From Candidatus Bipolaricaulia bacterium (lineage in GTDB: Bacteria; Bipolaricaulota; Bipolaricaulia; RBG-16-55-9): DNA of 42,988 bases. How positions within the stretch are numbered: position 1 is the stretch's first letter; each line of letters begins with the position of its first letter. The stretch covers positions 1-42,988 of the forward strand of contig JBDGQO010000053.1 of the NCBI GenBank assembly GCA_042219045.1, written 5' to 3'. The notes under the pieces are model-generated. The model did no database searches. It was not told the origin of the DNA and worked only from the letters and a program-made list of their open reading frames with translations. Shown here piece by piece: positions 9,968-21,175 of this stretch. A program made the translations under genes and the position numbers.

Positions 9968-10636
9968 CTACTCGGGCAGCCCCTGCTCGGGCACCGGGCA
10001 CAGGTCCGCAATGACGCAGGCCTCGCAGCGGGGTTTGCGGGCCTTGCAGGTATCGCGCCCGTGGCGAATCAGGTGGATGTGGAGCTGGTATTTCAAGTCG
10101 TCCGGGACGAGGTCGTTCATGACCTCATGCGGATCTTGGCGCTTGTCAGCGAATTGGAGACGTCTCGTGATGCGCTGGATGTGGGTATCGACGGGGAAAT
10201 AGGGCTGGCCCAGGCTGAACGCCAGCACGATGCCGGCCGTCTTCTTCCCGACGCCCTTGAGCGCGACAAGTTCCGCCATCGCCTCGTCTCGGGCGAGGTC
10301 GTCCAGATGGCTCAGGTCGTAGGCGCCATGGCGCTCGTAGGCCGCGCCCAGCGCCCGCTGGATGCTTTTCGCTTTCTGGTTGTGCATGCCCGCGGTCCGG
10401 ATCGCCTCGGCCAGCTCGTCGGTGGGCGCCGCCGCCATGGCCTCGTAGGAGGGGTAGGCGTCGATCAGTTGGGCGTAAGCCTGGTCTCGGTTCGAGTCGT
10501 TCGTGTTCTGTGACAGGATCGTCAGAATCAGCACGTCCAGGGGATCGCCCTGGCGTTCCCAGGGAATCGGGCCGTAGTGGGCTTCCAACCGACCGGCAAC
10601 GGCGTCGACGCGTTCGGCATCGGTCAGGGACTGCAT
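9968..10636 (-). CDS. nth: endonuclease III family HhH-GPD glycosylase with 4Fe-4S cluster
   Basis: ILSQNTND, HhH LKGVGKKTA, FPVDTH, C-x6-C-x2-C-x5-C. Confidence 0.9.
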   Translation of the reverse strand: MQSLTDAERVDAVAGRLEAHYGPIPWERQGDPLDVLILTILSQNTNDSNRDQAYAQLIDAYPSYEAMAAAPTDELAEAIRTAGMHNQKAKSIQRALGAAYERHGAYDLSHLDDLARDEAMAELVALKGVGKKTAGIVLAFSLGQPYFPVDTHIQRITRRLQFADKRQDPHEVMNDLVPDDLKYQLHIHLIRHGRDTCKARKPRCEACVIADLCPVPEQGLPE

Positions 10637-10644
10637 GGCATGTC

Positions 10645-10673
10645 AGTTTAGGTCGCATGCTGGATGGGGGCAA
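10645..10673 (-). promoter_or_regulatory. promoter of nth, leaderless or near-leaderless
   Basis: Minus strand TTGCCC-17 nt-TAAACT, 8 nt before the ATG; no SD. Confidence 0.5.
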
Positions 10674-10714
10674 CGGGGTCGGTTCCGTCGAGAGCTGTTG
10701 ATACCATGGTGCCC

Positions 10715-11053
10715 ATGGCGATGGAGCCGTTGCAGGCCGAGGTCGCGCACAACGTCGATCACTTGCGGGCCGAACTGGCCCAGATCGACGAGCCCGACGC
10801 ACAGCCGCCGGAGTCGGAGTTGGCGTTTGCGGCCTACGAGGCGGCCGATCTCTCTCGTCTCGACGCGGGGACGCAGGAGCTCGTTGGCGCGTTCTATCAG
10901 ACGTTGGTGGTCGCCATCGAAGGGCATCCCGGCTTTCTTGACGCCGATCCCGATGAGCTGGATCAGTCGTATCGCATCCTCCTGGAAGCGGCGATCGACC
11001 TGGGCGATCAGATCGAGGCGCGATTCCGCGATCCGGCTTCGGATGCGGCTTGA
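10715..11053 (+). CDS. hypothetical small acidic protein
   Basis: Fills the gap between nth and the M50 gene with host-like codon usage; TG-n-TACCAT lies 7 nt before the ATG at 10715. Confidence 0.6.
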   Translation: MAMEPLQAEVAHNVDHLRAELAQIDEPDAQPPESELAFAAYEAADLSRLDAGTQELVGAFYQTLVVAIEGHPGFLDADPDELDQSYRILLEAAIDLGDQIEARFRDPASDAA

Positions 11054-12141
11054 ACCGCTTGCATCAAGCCCTGGTAGGTGATCACGCCGACCACCCGGTC
11101 GGCCTCGGTCGCCACGATCAGCCGTTGGCCGTCCAGTCGCTGGAACACGTCGGCGAGCGAGTCGTTGACGTCGGCCATGAGCGTGCGCCACTTCGTCGGA
11201 AGCACGTCGGCCACGGACGTCCGAGTCCGTTTCTCCCAGGGCACGGCGTCCAGATCATCCCGGGTCAACAGGCCCAGCGTCGTGCCGTTTTCCACCACGG
11301 GCCAGGCCGGTTGGCTGCCCCAACGGAGGTCGTTGCCGACCACCTCGGCCACGCTCAAGTCAGCCGGCAACGTCGATGGCGCCGGGCTCATGACCTCGCC
11401 GACCCGTCGGCGGCGGAGCTTGGCCATGAACGCGACTTGCTTGTAGCTGCGCACGGCGGCGGTGTGGATGAACGTGGCGATCAGGATCCGCCATAGGCCG
11501 GAGCCCCACTGGCCCCACACGATCGCCATGTACGCGCCCCAGGCCATCACCGCATAGGCGAACCCGCGCCCGATCCAGGTGGCGATCTTGGTTGACCAGA
11601 GCAGATCGCCCTTGAGGCCCCACAGTGCCGCGCGCAGCACGCGGCCGCCGTCCATGGGAAACCCGGGCAGCATGTTGAAGGCCGCCACCGCGAAGTTGAT
11701 GACGGCGAGGAACTGAGTGAGCGCGGCCAATGGCGTGTTGACCGGCGCGATCTGGAACAGCCCGAAGAACAGCGCGGCCAGGCCGAGGCTCACCAGCGGC
11801 CCGGCGATGGCGATGAGGAACTCATGCAAGGCGCGATCGGGTTCGCGCGTCATGCCGGCGACGCCGCCGAAGATGAACAGCGTGATGCTCTGCACCGGCG
11901 TGCCCTTCCGGATCGCGACGAGGCTGTGGCCGAGTTCGTGGGCCAGGATCGAGGCGAAAAAGAGCAGGCTGATCGCCACGCCGGTGCTCCAATAGGCGGC
12001 CTCGTCGAACTGGGGGTAGGCCAGCGGCAGCACGTTGGTGGCGAAGAGATACGTGGCCACTGCGAAGATGATGAACCAGGAGTAGTCCAGGCCGATCTCG
12101 ATGCCCGAGATCCGGCCCAGTCGGATGGCGTTACGGATCAT
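11008..12141 (-). CDS. site-2 protease (M50) family zinc metalloprotease with C-terminal CBS domains
   Basis: HELGH, AIAGPLVS, FNMLPGFPMDGGRVLRA, CBS-like C-terminus; true start MIRNAIRLG at 12141. Confidence 0.92.
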   Translation of the reverse strand: MIRNAIRLGRISGIEIGLDYSWFIIFAVATYLFATNVLPLAYPQFDEAAYWSTGVAISLLFFASILAHELGHSLVAIRKGTPVQSITLFIFGGVAGMTREPDRALHEFLIAIAGPLVSLGLAALFFGLFQIAPVNTPLAALTQFLAVINFAVAAFNMLPGFPMDGGRVLRAALWGLKGDLLWSTKIATWIGRGFAYAVMAWGAYMAIVWGQWGSGLWRILIATFIHTAAVRSYKQVAFMAKLRRRRVGEVMSPAPSTLPADLSVAEVVGNDLRWGSQPAWPVVENGTTLGLLTRDDLDAVPWEKRTRTSVADVLPTKWRTLMADVNDSLADVFQRLDGQRLIVATEADRVVGVITYQGLMQAVQAASEAGSRNRASI

Positions 12142-12209
12142 GTCTAAAGGATCCCTTCGTTCGTGTTGGCGCCCAGCCTCGAAGGGCGGGTTCGGCGGCG
12201 TTTGTCCCG

Positions 12210-12878
12210 TCAGGCGGTAATATCGGTCTGGGCTTTCTCCCAATCCTTGAGGAACTTCTCCAAGCCGGCGTCGGTGAGCGGGTGCTCGAACATCTTCTCC
12301 AGCACGCCGAACGGCATTGTGGCGATGTCCGCGCCGAGCTCGGCGGCTTGGACGACGTGGAGCGGATGCCGAATGCTGGCGGCCAGGACCTCGGTCTGGA
12401 CGTTGTAGGTCTCGAAGATGTTGACGATCTGGGAGACGACCGCCATGCCGTCGCCGCTCTTGTCGTCGATGCGCCCGATGAAGGGGGAGACGAAGGTCGC
12501 GCCCGCCTTCGCGGCGAGAAGCGCCTGGCTGGGCGAAAACGCCAGCGTGACGTTGATCGGGATGCCCTCGTCGTTCAGGTGCTTGACCGCCTTCATGCCG
12601 TCCGGCAACATGGGAATTTTCACCACGACGTTGTCGTGAATGGCGGCCAGGTCGTGGGCCTCTTTCATCATGCCCTCGTAGTCGGTCGCGACCACCTCGC
12701 CGCTGACCGGGCCGTCGACGATCTCGCAAATCTCATGCAGAATTTCGCGGTAGTCCATGCCCGTCCGCTCCATTTCCTCCGGAAGCAGCGACGGGTTCGT
12801 CGTGACGCCGTCGAGGACGCCCCAGTCAGCGGCCTGCTTGATCTCATCCAGGTGCGCGGTGTCGACGAACAGCTTCAT
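12210..12878 (-). CDS. tal: transaldolase (small TalC/FSA family)
   Basis: [21 protein letters not shown] (Schiff-base Lys), [38 protein letters not shown]. Confidence 0.93.
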   Translation of the reverse strand: MKLFVDTAHLDEIKQAADWGVLDGVTTNPSLLPEEMERTGMDYREILHEICEIVDGPVSGEVVATDYEGMMKEAHDLAAIHDNVVVKIPMLPDGMKAVKHLNDEGIPINVTLAFSPSQALLAAKAGATFVSPFIGRIDDKSGDGMAVVSQIVNIFETYNVQTEVLAASIRHPLHVVQAAELGADIATMPFGVLEKMFEHPLTDAGLEKFLKDWEKAQTDITA

Positions 12879-12972
12879 GCGATCTCCCTCCTCGATCTCC
12901 ATTTGGCGAACGCGGTGCCTCACAACGAGCTTAGCGGTCGGCTCCGCATCAGGCCAATCAATGTCTATTCTA

Positions 12973-13848
12973 TCAGGCGTCGCGCAGGTCGCGAATGGCC
13001 TGGAGGTTGATCGGGTCCATGGTGGAGTCGAGCTTGTCCGACTCGCTGTCGTCCTTGGGCGTTTCCAGCACAAAGGGCAGATCGCGCGTCCGAGGGTGAT
13101 TGACGATCGGCCGGAAGCCGTCCAAGCCGATGTGGCCGCGTCCGATGTGCTCGTGGCGGTCCTTGAACGATCCCAACGGGTGCTGCGAGTCGTTGACGTG
13201 CAACAGCACCAGTCGATCAAGGCCAACGGTCTCCTCGACCTCGGCCAGCATCTCGTCGAGGCCGCCCTCGCTGCGGAAGTCGTACCCGGCGGCGAGGCCG
13301 TGGCAGGTGTCGAAGCAGACGGCCAATCGCTCGGGTTGGTCCACGCCGTCGATGATGCGCTCCAGTTCCTCGAACGTCGAGCCGAGCGCCGTTCCCTGCC
13401 CAGCATCGTTTTCCAACACGATCTGCACGTCCGGATAGGCTTGCGCAACGTCGCTGGCCAAGACCTCGTCGATCGCCCGGACGATGTTGGCGATGCCGGC
13501 GTCGACCCCGGCGTCCAGGTGCTTGCCGACGTGCGTATTGACGTGGGGAATGCCGAGCAAGCCGGCCCGCTCGATCTCCTTCTTGAGCGCGTCGACGGAT
13601 TTCTCGTAGACGTCGGCCTTGGGGGAGGCCAGGTTGATGAGATAGCTCGTGTGGATGACGACGTAGTCGACGGGACCGTTCTGTTGCGTTTCTTGGAACG
13701 TCTGCGGTTCATCGTCGTCGAGCGGCTTCATGGTCCAGCTTCGCGCGTTGTGCGAGAAGATCTGCAGCGCGTTCGTCTCGAGATCCTCGGCGCGCGTGAT
13801 GGCCTTGTGCAGCCCGCCGGCGATGGAGAGATGGCAGCCGATCAGCAT
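12973..13848 (-). CDS. nfo: endonuclease IV (deoxyribonuclease IV)
   Basis: [50 protein letters not shown]. Confidence 0.95.
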   Translation of the reverse strand: MLIGCHLSIAGGLHKAITRAEDLETNALQIFSHNARSWTMKPLDDDEPQTFQETQQNGPVDYVVIHTSYLINLASPKADVYEKSVDALKKEIERAGLLGIPHVNTHVGKHLDAGVDAGIANIVRAIDEVLASDVAQAYPDVQIVLENDAGQGTALGSTFEELERIIDGVDQPERLAVCFDTCHGLAAGYDFRSEGGLDEMLAEVEETVGLDRLVLLHVNDSQHPLGSFKDRHEHIGRGHIGLDGFRPIVNHPRTRDLPFVLETPKDDSESDKLDSTMDPINLQAIRDLRDA

Positions 13849-13927
13849 GGGCGAAACACCTCCGCACCAGTGTAGCCCATCTGGCTGTCCCCGACACCCG
13901 ATGACCGCATCCGAATATCCAGAACAG

Positions 13928-13957
13928 TTGACGGAATCCGCCTATCCCACTTACGAT
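13928..13957 (+). promoter_or_regulatory. sigma70 promoter of the hpa cluster
   Basis: TTGACG-18 nt-TACGAT upstream of SD AAGGGGAGG. Confidence 0.55.
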
Positions 13958-14008
13958 GCGAGCAATCTGAATTTGAAGGAAAACGCCAAGGGGAGGCTGG
14001 CATCCGTC

Positions 14009-14923
14009 GTGGTCCAACTGGAAGGCTCGATCACGCCGATCGTCACACCGTTCAAGGACGGAGCGATCGATGAGGCGGCCCTCGCGCGGCTGATTAACCG
14101 TCAGATCGAGGCCGGTTCCCACGGTGTGAGCGTCGGCGGCACGACGGGCGAGCCCGCCGCGCTCGCCACCGAGGAGCGCGAGCGCCTGATCCAGCGAACA
14201 GTGGAGTTTGTCGACGGCCGGCTTCCCGTTCTCGTCGGCACGGGGAGCGTCAACCTCGACGAGACCCGTCAATTAACCCAGTTCGCCCAAGAGGCGGGGG
14301 CCGACGCGGCGCTCGTCATCGTTCCGTACTACGTCAAGCCGAATCAACAGGGGCTTTACGCGTTCTTTGCCGAGGTCGCCCGATCCGTGCCCGATCTGCC
14401 GTTGGTGCTCTACAACATTCCGGGCCGCGCGGCCGTCCGTCTGGAAGCCAGAACCCTGGCGCGTCTGTCGAACGACTTCCCCCATATCGTCGGCGTCAAG
14501 CATTCGGTGACGGATCTGGACGCGGTCTCCTGGACGCTCAAGCTCTGTGGGCCGGACTTCAAGGTGTTCTGCGGGCTGGAGTCGCTGACGTATCCGATGC
14601 TCGCGCTCGGCGGCCACGGCATGGTGGCCGCGACGGCCAACTGGCTGCCCCGCGAAGTCGCCCAACTCTACGATCATGTCAAAGCCGGGGATTTCGAGAA
14701 AGCCCGCGAGCTGCACTACGAGCTCTTGGAGGCCAACGAGGCGATCTTCTGGGACACCAACCCCATCCCGCTCAAGACGGTGCTCGCGTCCATGGGGCTC
14801 ATCGAGAAGGAGTGGCGGTTGCCGCTCGGCCCGACGACCCCGGACGTCGAAGAGCGCCTGCGAGCGATGGCCGAATCGTACGGGCTGATCAAACCGGCCG
14901 AAGGGAGCGTGGCGCGCCCGTGA
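14009..14923 (+). CDS. hpaI: DapA-like 2,4-dihydroxyhept-2-ene-1,7-dioate aldolase
   Basis: GSITPIVTPF, GTTGEP, PYYVKPNQ, YNIPGR, VGVKHS, TNPIPLK; GTTGEP variant and hpa context favour HpaI over DapA. Confidence 0.8.
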   Translation: MVQLEGSITPIVTPFKDGAIDEAALARLINRQIEAGSHGVSVGGTTGEPAALATEERERLIQRTVEFVDGRLPVLVGTGSVNLDETRQLTQFAQEAGADAALVIVPYYVKPNQQGLYAFFAEVARSVPDLPLVLYNIPGRAAVRLEARTLARLSNDFPHIVGVKHSVTDLDAVSWTLKLCGPDFKVFCGLESLTYPMLALGGHGMVAATANWLPREVAQLYDHVKAGDFEKARELHYELLEANEAIFWDTNPIPLKTVLASMGLIEKEWRLPLGPTTPDVEERLRAMAESYGLIKPAEGSVARP

Positions 14924-15669
14924 AACTCGCCCGTTTTCGCAAGCACGGCCGCGTCCGTCACGCCCGACTCGAGTCCGATCATCTCGTGGACGAGTCCGGA
15001 CGGACGCACGATCCCCATGGCGTCGAGTTCATGTTGCCCTTCGAGCCCGGCAAAGTGCTCGGCCTCGCGCTCAACTACCGCGACCATGCCGAGGAACTGT
15101 CGATCGATCTGCCCGACCATCCGGTGCTGTTTTTGAAGCCGCCGAGCGCGCTGATTCCGCACGGGGCGCCCGTGATGTATCCCGAAGGGGCGGACTACAT
15201 GCATTACGAGTGCGAGCTGGCCGTCGTCGTTGGGCACCCCATGAAGGCCGTCCGCGCGGACGAGGCGATGGATTACGTCCTGGGCTACACGATCGCCAAC
15301 GACGTGACGGTGCGCGACTTCGTCGGCAACATGTACCGTCCACCCATCAAGGCCAAGGGCTGGGACAGCTTCGGTCCGCTCGGCCCGTTTCTCGTCACGG
15401 CCGAAGAGATCCCCGATCCGCATGCGCTCGAACTTCGGGCGTATGTGAACGACGACCACCGCCAGACGGGCCACACGCGCGACTTTATTTTCCCCATTTC
15501 CGAGATTCTCGAATACGTCACCCGCTTCATGACGCTGGAGCCCTACGACGTCATTCTCACGGGGACTCCGAAGGGGATCTCCCGCGTCACCCCTGATGAC
15601 ACCATGCGCCTGGAGATCGATGGCTTGGGCGCGCTGGAGAATCCGATCGTGGCGGAGGGCGACTACTGA
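14920..15669 (+). CDS. hpaG: fumarylacetoacetate hydrolase family isomerase/decarboxylase (HpaG-like)
   Basis: ALNYRDH, FLKP, HYECELAVV, GYTIANDVTVRD, KAKGWDSFGPLGP, ILTGTPKG; GTGA overlap with hpaI. Confidence 0.85.
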   Translation: MKLARFRKHGRVRHARLESDHLVDESGRTHDPHGVEFMLPFEPGKVLGLALNYRDHAEELSIDLPDHPVLFLKPPSALIPHGAPVMYPEGADYMHYECELAVVVGHPMKAVRADEAMDYVLGYTIANDVTVRDFVGNMYRPPIKAKGWDSFGPLGPFLVTAEEIPDPHALELRAYVNDDHRQTGHTRDFIFPISEILEYVTRFMTLEPYDVILTGTPKGISRVTPDDTMRLEIDGLGALENPIVAEGDY

Positions 15670-15670
15670 G

Positions 15671-17188
15671 ATGACCGATCAGATGGACCCGTCGTTCATC
15701 GAGGGCATCCGAGAGCGACTCCACACCGCGACGCTGCAGCACTTCGTCGACGGCTCGTTCATGCCGGGCCAGCGGACCGAGACGTTCGAAACGCTGGATC
15801 CGTCGACCAACAGGCGGCTATCCACCGTCTGTCAGGGCCACGCCGAGGACGTCGATCGGGCGGCTCGCGCGGCCAAGCGGGCGTTCAACGAGCATTGGGG
15901 CTCGCTCAAAGCCAAAGAGCGCAAAGGCTATCTCCTGCGCATCGCCGATGCCATCGATGACCATGCCGACGAGCTGGCGGTGCTGGAGTGCCTGGATGCG
16001 GGCCAAGCGTTGCGCATCGTGCGCAAGCTCGTCGGCCGTTCGGCGGACAACTTTCGCTTCTACGCCGACTACGCCGAGCACGCCATGGACGGGCGGAGCT
16101 TCCCCGTCGACGACGACTTTCTGAACTACAGCGTGCGCCAGCCAATCGGGCCCGTCGGGATCATCACGCCGTGGAACGCGCCGATGATGCTGTCCACTTG
16201 GCGCATCGCGCCCGCACTGGCCGCTGGCGACACGGTGATCCATAAGCCGGCCGAGTGGGCCCCGCTGTCCGCGTGGAAGCTGGCCGAGATCCTTCAGGAA
16301 GCGGACCTGCCGCCGGGCGTGTTCAACGTCGTGCACGGCTTCGGCGAGACGGCTGGCGCTCCCCTGACCTCGCATCCCGACGTTCCCCTGATCGCGCTCA
16401 CGGGGGAGACGACCACGGGCTCGACCGTGATGAAGAACGGGGCCGATCAACTCAAACGACTCTCGCTGGAGATGGGCGGCAAGAGCCCGGCACTCGTCTT
16501 CGCCGATGCGGACTTAGAGCGCGCGCTCGACGCCGTCGTCTTCCAGATCTACAGCTTCAACGGCGAGCGGTGCACGGCCAACTCGCGACTGTTGGTCGAG
16601 GAGTCGATCTTCGACGACTTCGTGGATCGGGTGGCCGAGCGGGCGGCCAACGTCCAAGTGGGGCATCCGTTGGAGCCCGGCACCGAGGTCGGGCCGCTCA
16701 TCCATCCCGAGCATCTGGAACGCGTCCTCGGCTTCCTCGAACAGGGCAAGCACGAGGGCGCCGACGTCCTCGCGGGCGGCCACCAGGTCGGGAACGAGGG
16801 GAACTACCTCGCGCCGACGCTCTTCGTGGGCGACAACGGCATGACGATCTCGCGGGAGGAAATCTTCGGCCCCGTTCTGACGGCCATTCCGTTCAGGGAC
16901 GAGGCCGAGGCGCTCAAGATCGCCAACGACACGCGCTATGGATTGGCCGCCTACGTCTGGACGAAGGACACCGAGCGGGCGCATCGACTGAGCGGGGCGA
17001 TTGAGGCCGGCATGGTCTGGGTCAACTCGCAGAACGTGCGGCATCTTCCCACCCCGTTCGGCGGCATGAAGCACTCGGGCATCAGCCGCGAGGGCGGGCA
17101 TCACGCCTTCGAGTTCTACACCGACGTGAAGAACGTCTGCGTGCCGCTCGGCGAGCACCACATTCCCAAATTCGGCAAAGGGGGCTGA
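15671..17188 (+). CDS. hpaE: 5-carboxymethyl-2-hydroxymuconate semialdehyde dehydrogenase
   Basis: ITPWNAP, KPAEW, TGETTTG, LEMGGKSP, NGERCTANSR, EEIFGPV, NSQNVRHLPTPFGG, HIPKFG. Confidence 0.92.
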   Translation: MTDQMDPSFIEGIRERLHTATLQHFVDGSFMPGQRTETFETLDPSTNRRLSTVCQGHAEDVDRAARAAKRAFNEHWGSLKAKERKGYLLRIADAIDDHADELAVLECLDAGQALRIVRKLVGRSADNFRFYADYAEHAMDGRSFPVDDDFLNYSVRQPIGPVGIITPWNAPMMLSTWRIAPALAAGDTVIHKPAEWAPLSAWKLAEILQEADLPPGVFNVVHGFGETAGAPLTSHPDVPLIALTGETTTGSTVMKNGADQLKRLSLEMGGKSPALVFADADLERALDAVVFQIYSFNGERCTANSRLLVEESIFDDFVDRVAERAANVQVGHPLEPGTEVGPLIHPEHLERVLGFLEQGKHEGADVLAGGHQVGNEGNYLAPTLFVGDNGMTISREEIFGPVLTAIPFRDEAEALKIANDTRYGLAAYVWTKDTERAHRLSGAIEAGMVWVNSQNVRHLPTPFGGMKHSGISREGGHHAFEFYTDVKNVCVPLGEHHIPKFGKGG

Positions 17189-17192
17189 CGCA

Positions 17193-18653
<1,461 letters not shown>

Positions 18654-18659
18654 TCGGCG

Positions 18660-19133
18660 ATGTCGATCGAGCCGGAGCGGTTCATCGAGGCGCTTGCGCG
18701 CTTCCCGAGCGGCGTGACGGTCATTGCAGCGCGCCATGAGGGCGAAACGCGCGGCATGACCGCGAGCGCGTTCGCCTCGCTATCGCTCCACCCGCCGTTG
18801 ATCGTGACGGCGGTGGATGAGGACGCCAACTGCCTCCGCGTGCTGCAACAGGCAGGCCGGTTCGTCGTCAATATCCTCTCCGAGGATCAACAGGATCTGG
18901 CACGCCACTTTGCCGGCAAGCCCAGCGAGGCGTACTTGGCGACGAGCCCGTTCCGGATTGAGGGCGATCCCATCCTGGATCAGAGCCTGATCGTGCTGAC
19001 CTGCCGCGTCTGGGAGTGCTACCCGGGCGGCGATCACCGCATCGTCGTCGGCGAGGTCGAGGACGCCCAGATCGACGAATCCCGCTGGCCGCTTGCGTTC
19101 TGGAACCGTGGCTTCCGGAGGCTCGAGCGATGA
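18660..19133 (+). CDS. hpaC: flavin reductase component
   Basis: FPSGVTVI, GMTASAFASLSLHPPL, VNILSEDQ, GGDHRIVVGEV; adjacent to hpaB. Confidence 0.88.
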   Translation: MSIEPERFIEALARFPSGVTVIAARHEGETRGMTASAFASLSLHPPLIVTAVDEDANCLRVLQQAGRFVVNILSEDQQDLARHFAGKPSEAYLATSPFRIEGDPILDQSLIVLTCRVWECYPGGDHRIVVGEVEDAQIDESRWPLAFWNRGFRRLER

Positions 19134-20107
19134 CAGACGCCGGGCGTCCCTCCGTCGTGCGCGCCGGGCACGTGGCGCTGGCGGTTCCCGATCTCCACGC
19201 GGCGCGGGCGTTCTACGTCGACTTGCTCGGGTTGGACGTCGTCCGGGAGACCGATGAGGCGCTCTACCTGCGCGGGTACGAAGAACGCGAGTGGAGCCTC
19301 AAGCTGGCGCGCGGTCCGGAACCGGGCTTGGCGCATGTGGCCTACAAAGTATGGGACGAGGGGGCCCTCGATGGTGTCATTGCGCTGGCCGAGGATCGCG
19401 GGCTCCCGTTCCGCACCGAGGCCGACGTCGAACGGCCGCGCATGGTTCGGATGGAAGACCCGCAAGGGTTCCCCATCGCCTTCTATCGCGAAGCGGGACG
19501 GCATCGCTCGCGGCTCCAAGACTACCACGAGCACCGCGGCCCCGGCGTGCTGCGGCTCGACCATGTCAACTACCTGACGCCGGACGTGGCGGGGAGTCTG
19601 GGATTCTATCGCGACGTGCTCGGCTTCCGACTGACCGAATACACCGAAGACGACGACGGCGACTGGTGGGCGGCCTGGCTCCACCGCAAGGGCAACGTCC
19701 ACGACCTGGCGCTCACCAACGGAACGGGGCCGCGACTGCATCACTTCGCCTACTGGCTCTCGGACCCCTCAAGCGTCCTCAACGCGGCCGACATCCTGGG
19801 TGGCGCCGATCGGATCCAGTCGATCGAGCGCGGGCCGGGGCGCCACGGCATCTCCAACGCGATGTTTCTGTATTTGCGCGATCCGGCCGGCCATCGCATC
19901 GAGCTCTACACGGCCGACTATCTCACCGTTGATCCCGAACACGAGCCGATCCGCTGGGACCTCAACGACCCGCGCCGCCAGACGCTGTGGGGCACGCCGA
20001 CGCCGAAGAGCTGGTTCCTAGAGGGAAGTGCTGTCGAAGGGTTCGACGGGGGTTGGGTGGAACAGCAGGAGCCGTCCCTGGAGGGCCTGCCGCAAAACGT
20101 CCGATGA
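19130..20107 (+). CDS. hpaD: 3,4-dihydroxyphenylacetate 2,3-dioxygenase (VOC extradiol)
   Basis: YLRGYEE, RLDHVN, VHDLALT, LHHFAY, ERGPGRHGISNAMFLYLRDP, HRIELY. Confidence 0.92.
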   Translation: MTDAGRPSVVRAGHVALAVPDLHAARAFYVDLLGLDVVRETDEALYLRGYEEREWSLKLARGPEPGLAHVAYKVWDEGALDGVIALAEDRGLPFRTEADVERPRMVRMEDPQGFPIAFYREAGRHRSRLQDYHEHRGPGVLRLDHVNYLTPDVAGSLGFYRDVLGFRLTEYTEDDDGDWWAAWLHRKGNVHDLALTNGTGPRLHHFAYWLSDPSSVLNAADILGGADRIQSIERGPGRHGISNAMFLYLRDPAGHRIELYTADYLTVDPEHEPIRWDLNDPRRQTLWGTPTPKSWFLEGSAVEGFDGGWVEQQEPSLEGLPQNVR

Positions 20108-20180
20108 GTCCGGCGGCCAGCCGATATGTAGCAGAATCACGGATCATGCCGATGGAGGCACGAACCCGTTTACTCTCCGC

Positions 20181-20966
20181 TTAACTAGCCGCTGGCGGTA
20201 GTCGAAAAAGCCGGTGTGCGTTCGCGGTCGTCTCTTGCGCCAACACGTCCATGGGCATCCCGCGATGGTTGGCCAAATAGGCAGCCACGTGCTCCACGTA
20301 GCTCGGCTCGTTCCGCTTGCCGCGGTTGGGGACGGGGGCGAGATAGGGGCAGTCCGTCTCGACCAGCAGCCGATCCATGGGGATCATTTTGAGCGCTTGT
20401 TGGAGATCGTCGTCCTTGGCGAACGTGGCGATGCCGTTGACCCCCAGATAGTAACCTTGGTCGAGGATCCGCTTGGCAAAATCCCAGTCGCGATTGAAGC
20501 TATGGACGACGCCGAAGGCGCTAAACGCTTCAATGGTGCTGGCGATATCCGCTTCGGTTTCGCGGTTGTGGATGACGACGGGATAGTTCTGGTCCTCGGC
20601 GAACGGGAGCAATGCGCGGAAGACGACGTGCTGATCCTCTTTGGACGAGAAATCCTTGACGTAGTCGAGGCCGATCTCGCCAACCGCAACGACGCGATCC
20701 TCGTTGAGCAACGCCTCCAATCGGGGCAGCACGCTCGAGTCCAGTTCGCCGTTGGCGACATAGTGCCCGGCCTGATGAGGATGAACCCCGACGGCCGCGT
20801 AGACCCCATGTTCTTGCGCAAGGCGAACGGATTCCTCGCTGGAGTCGAGATCGATGCCCATGGTAATGACCTGGACGCCGGCGTCCTGAGCCCGCTGGAT
20901 GATCTCCTCGCGGTCGTCGTCGAACTGCTGATGGTCGAGATGGGCGTGGGTGTCGACCAATTTCAT
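20181..20966 (-). CDS. tatD: TatD family nuclease
   Basis: DTHAH, GVHPH, VGEIGLDY, IHNRE, HSF, ETDCPYLAPVP, RGKRNEP. Confidence 0.93.
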   Translation of the reverse strand: MKLVDTHAHLDHQQFDDDREEIIQRAQDAGVQVITMGIDLDSSEESVRLAQEHGVYAAVGVHPHQAGHYVANGELDSSVLPRLEALLNEDRVVAVGEIGLDYVKDFSSKEDQHVVFRALLPFAEDQNYPVVIHNRETEADIASTIEAFSAFGVVHSFNRDWDFAKRILDQGYYLGVNGIATFAKDDDLQQALKMIPMDRLLVETDCPYLAPVPNRGKRNEPSYVEHVAAYLANHRGMPMDVLAQETTANAHRLFRLPPAAS

Positions 20967-21175
20967 GTGAGAAGTCCCCTAAATTCTTCGACGGTGATGC
21001 CAGCTTGTCTAATCGAACCACGCAACGTCCCTTTCGCGATCTCCTGATGATCTGGAATCGTCAAGCGACGATATGGCGATTGCTCCGGCCGCAGAATAAT
21101 ATGGTTCCCCTTTTGACGGTCAACTTCATACCCGAGCTTGCGAAATGCTTTAACGGCATCACGTCCAGAAATCAC
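20963..21175 (-). CDS. hicA: HicA family toxin, possibly N-terminally shortened
   Basis: ISGRDAVKAFRKLGY..RQKGNHIIL..TIPDHQEIAKGTL..IRQAGITVEEF. Confidence 0.85.
   Translation of the reverse strand: MISGRDAVKAFRKLGYEVDRQKGNHIILRPEQSPYRRLTIPDHQEIAKGTLRGSIRQAGITVEEFRGLLT

Noticed and set aside
12171..12192. Imperfect hairpin resembling an IS605-type end between tal and the M50 gene
   Set aside because: Short, mismatched, and no transposase nearby
11008..12729. 573-aa ORF suggesting an N-terminally extended M50 protease
   Set aside because: The first ~195 aa are an Arg-rich alternate-frame read of the transaldolase gene and spacer; the real gene starts at 12141
12210..13712. 500-aa ORF suggesting a transaldolase fusion
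   Set aside because: The upstream part is an off-frame read of nfo; transaldolase has its own SD and ATG at 12878
14009..14923. dapA (lysine biosynthesis) assignment
   Set aside because: GTTGEP and KPNQ variants, and coupling to hpaG, point to the HpaI subfamily
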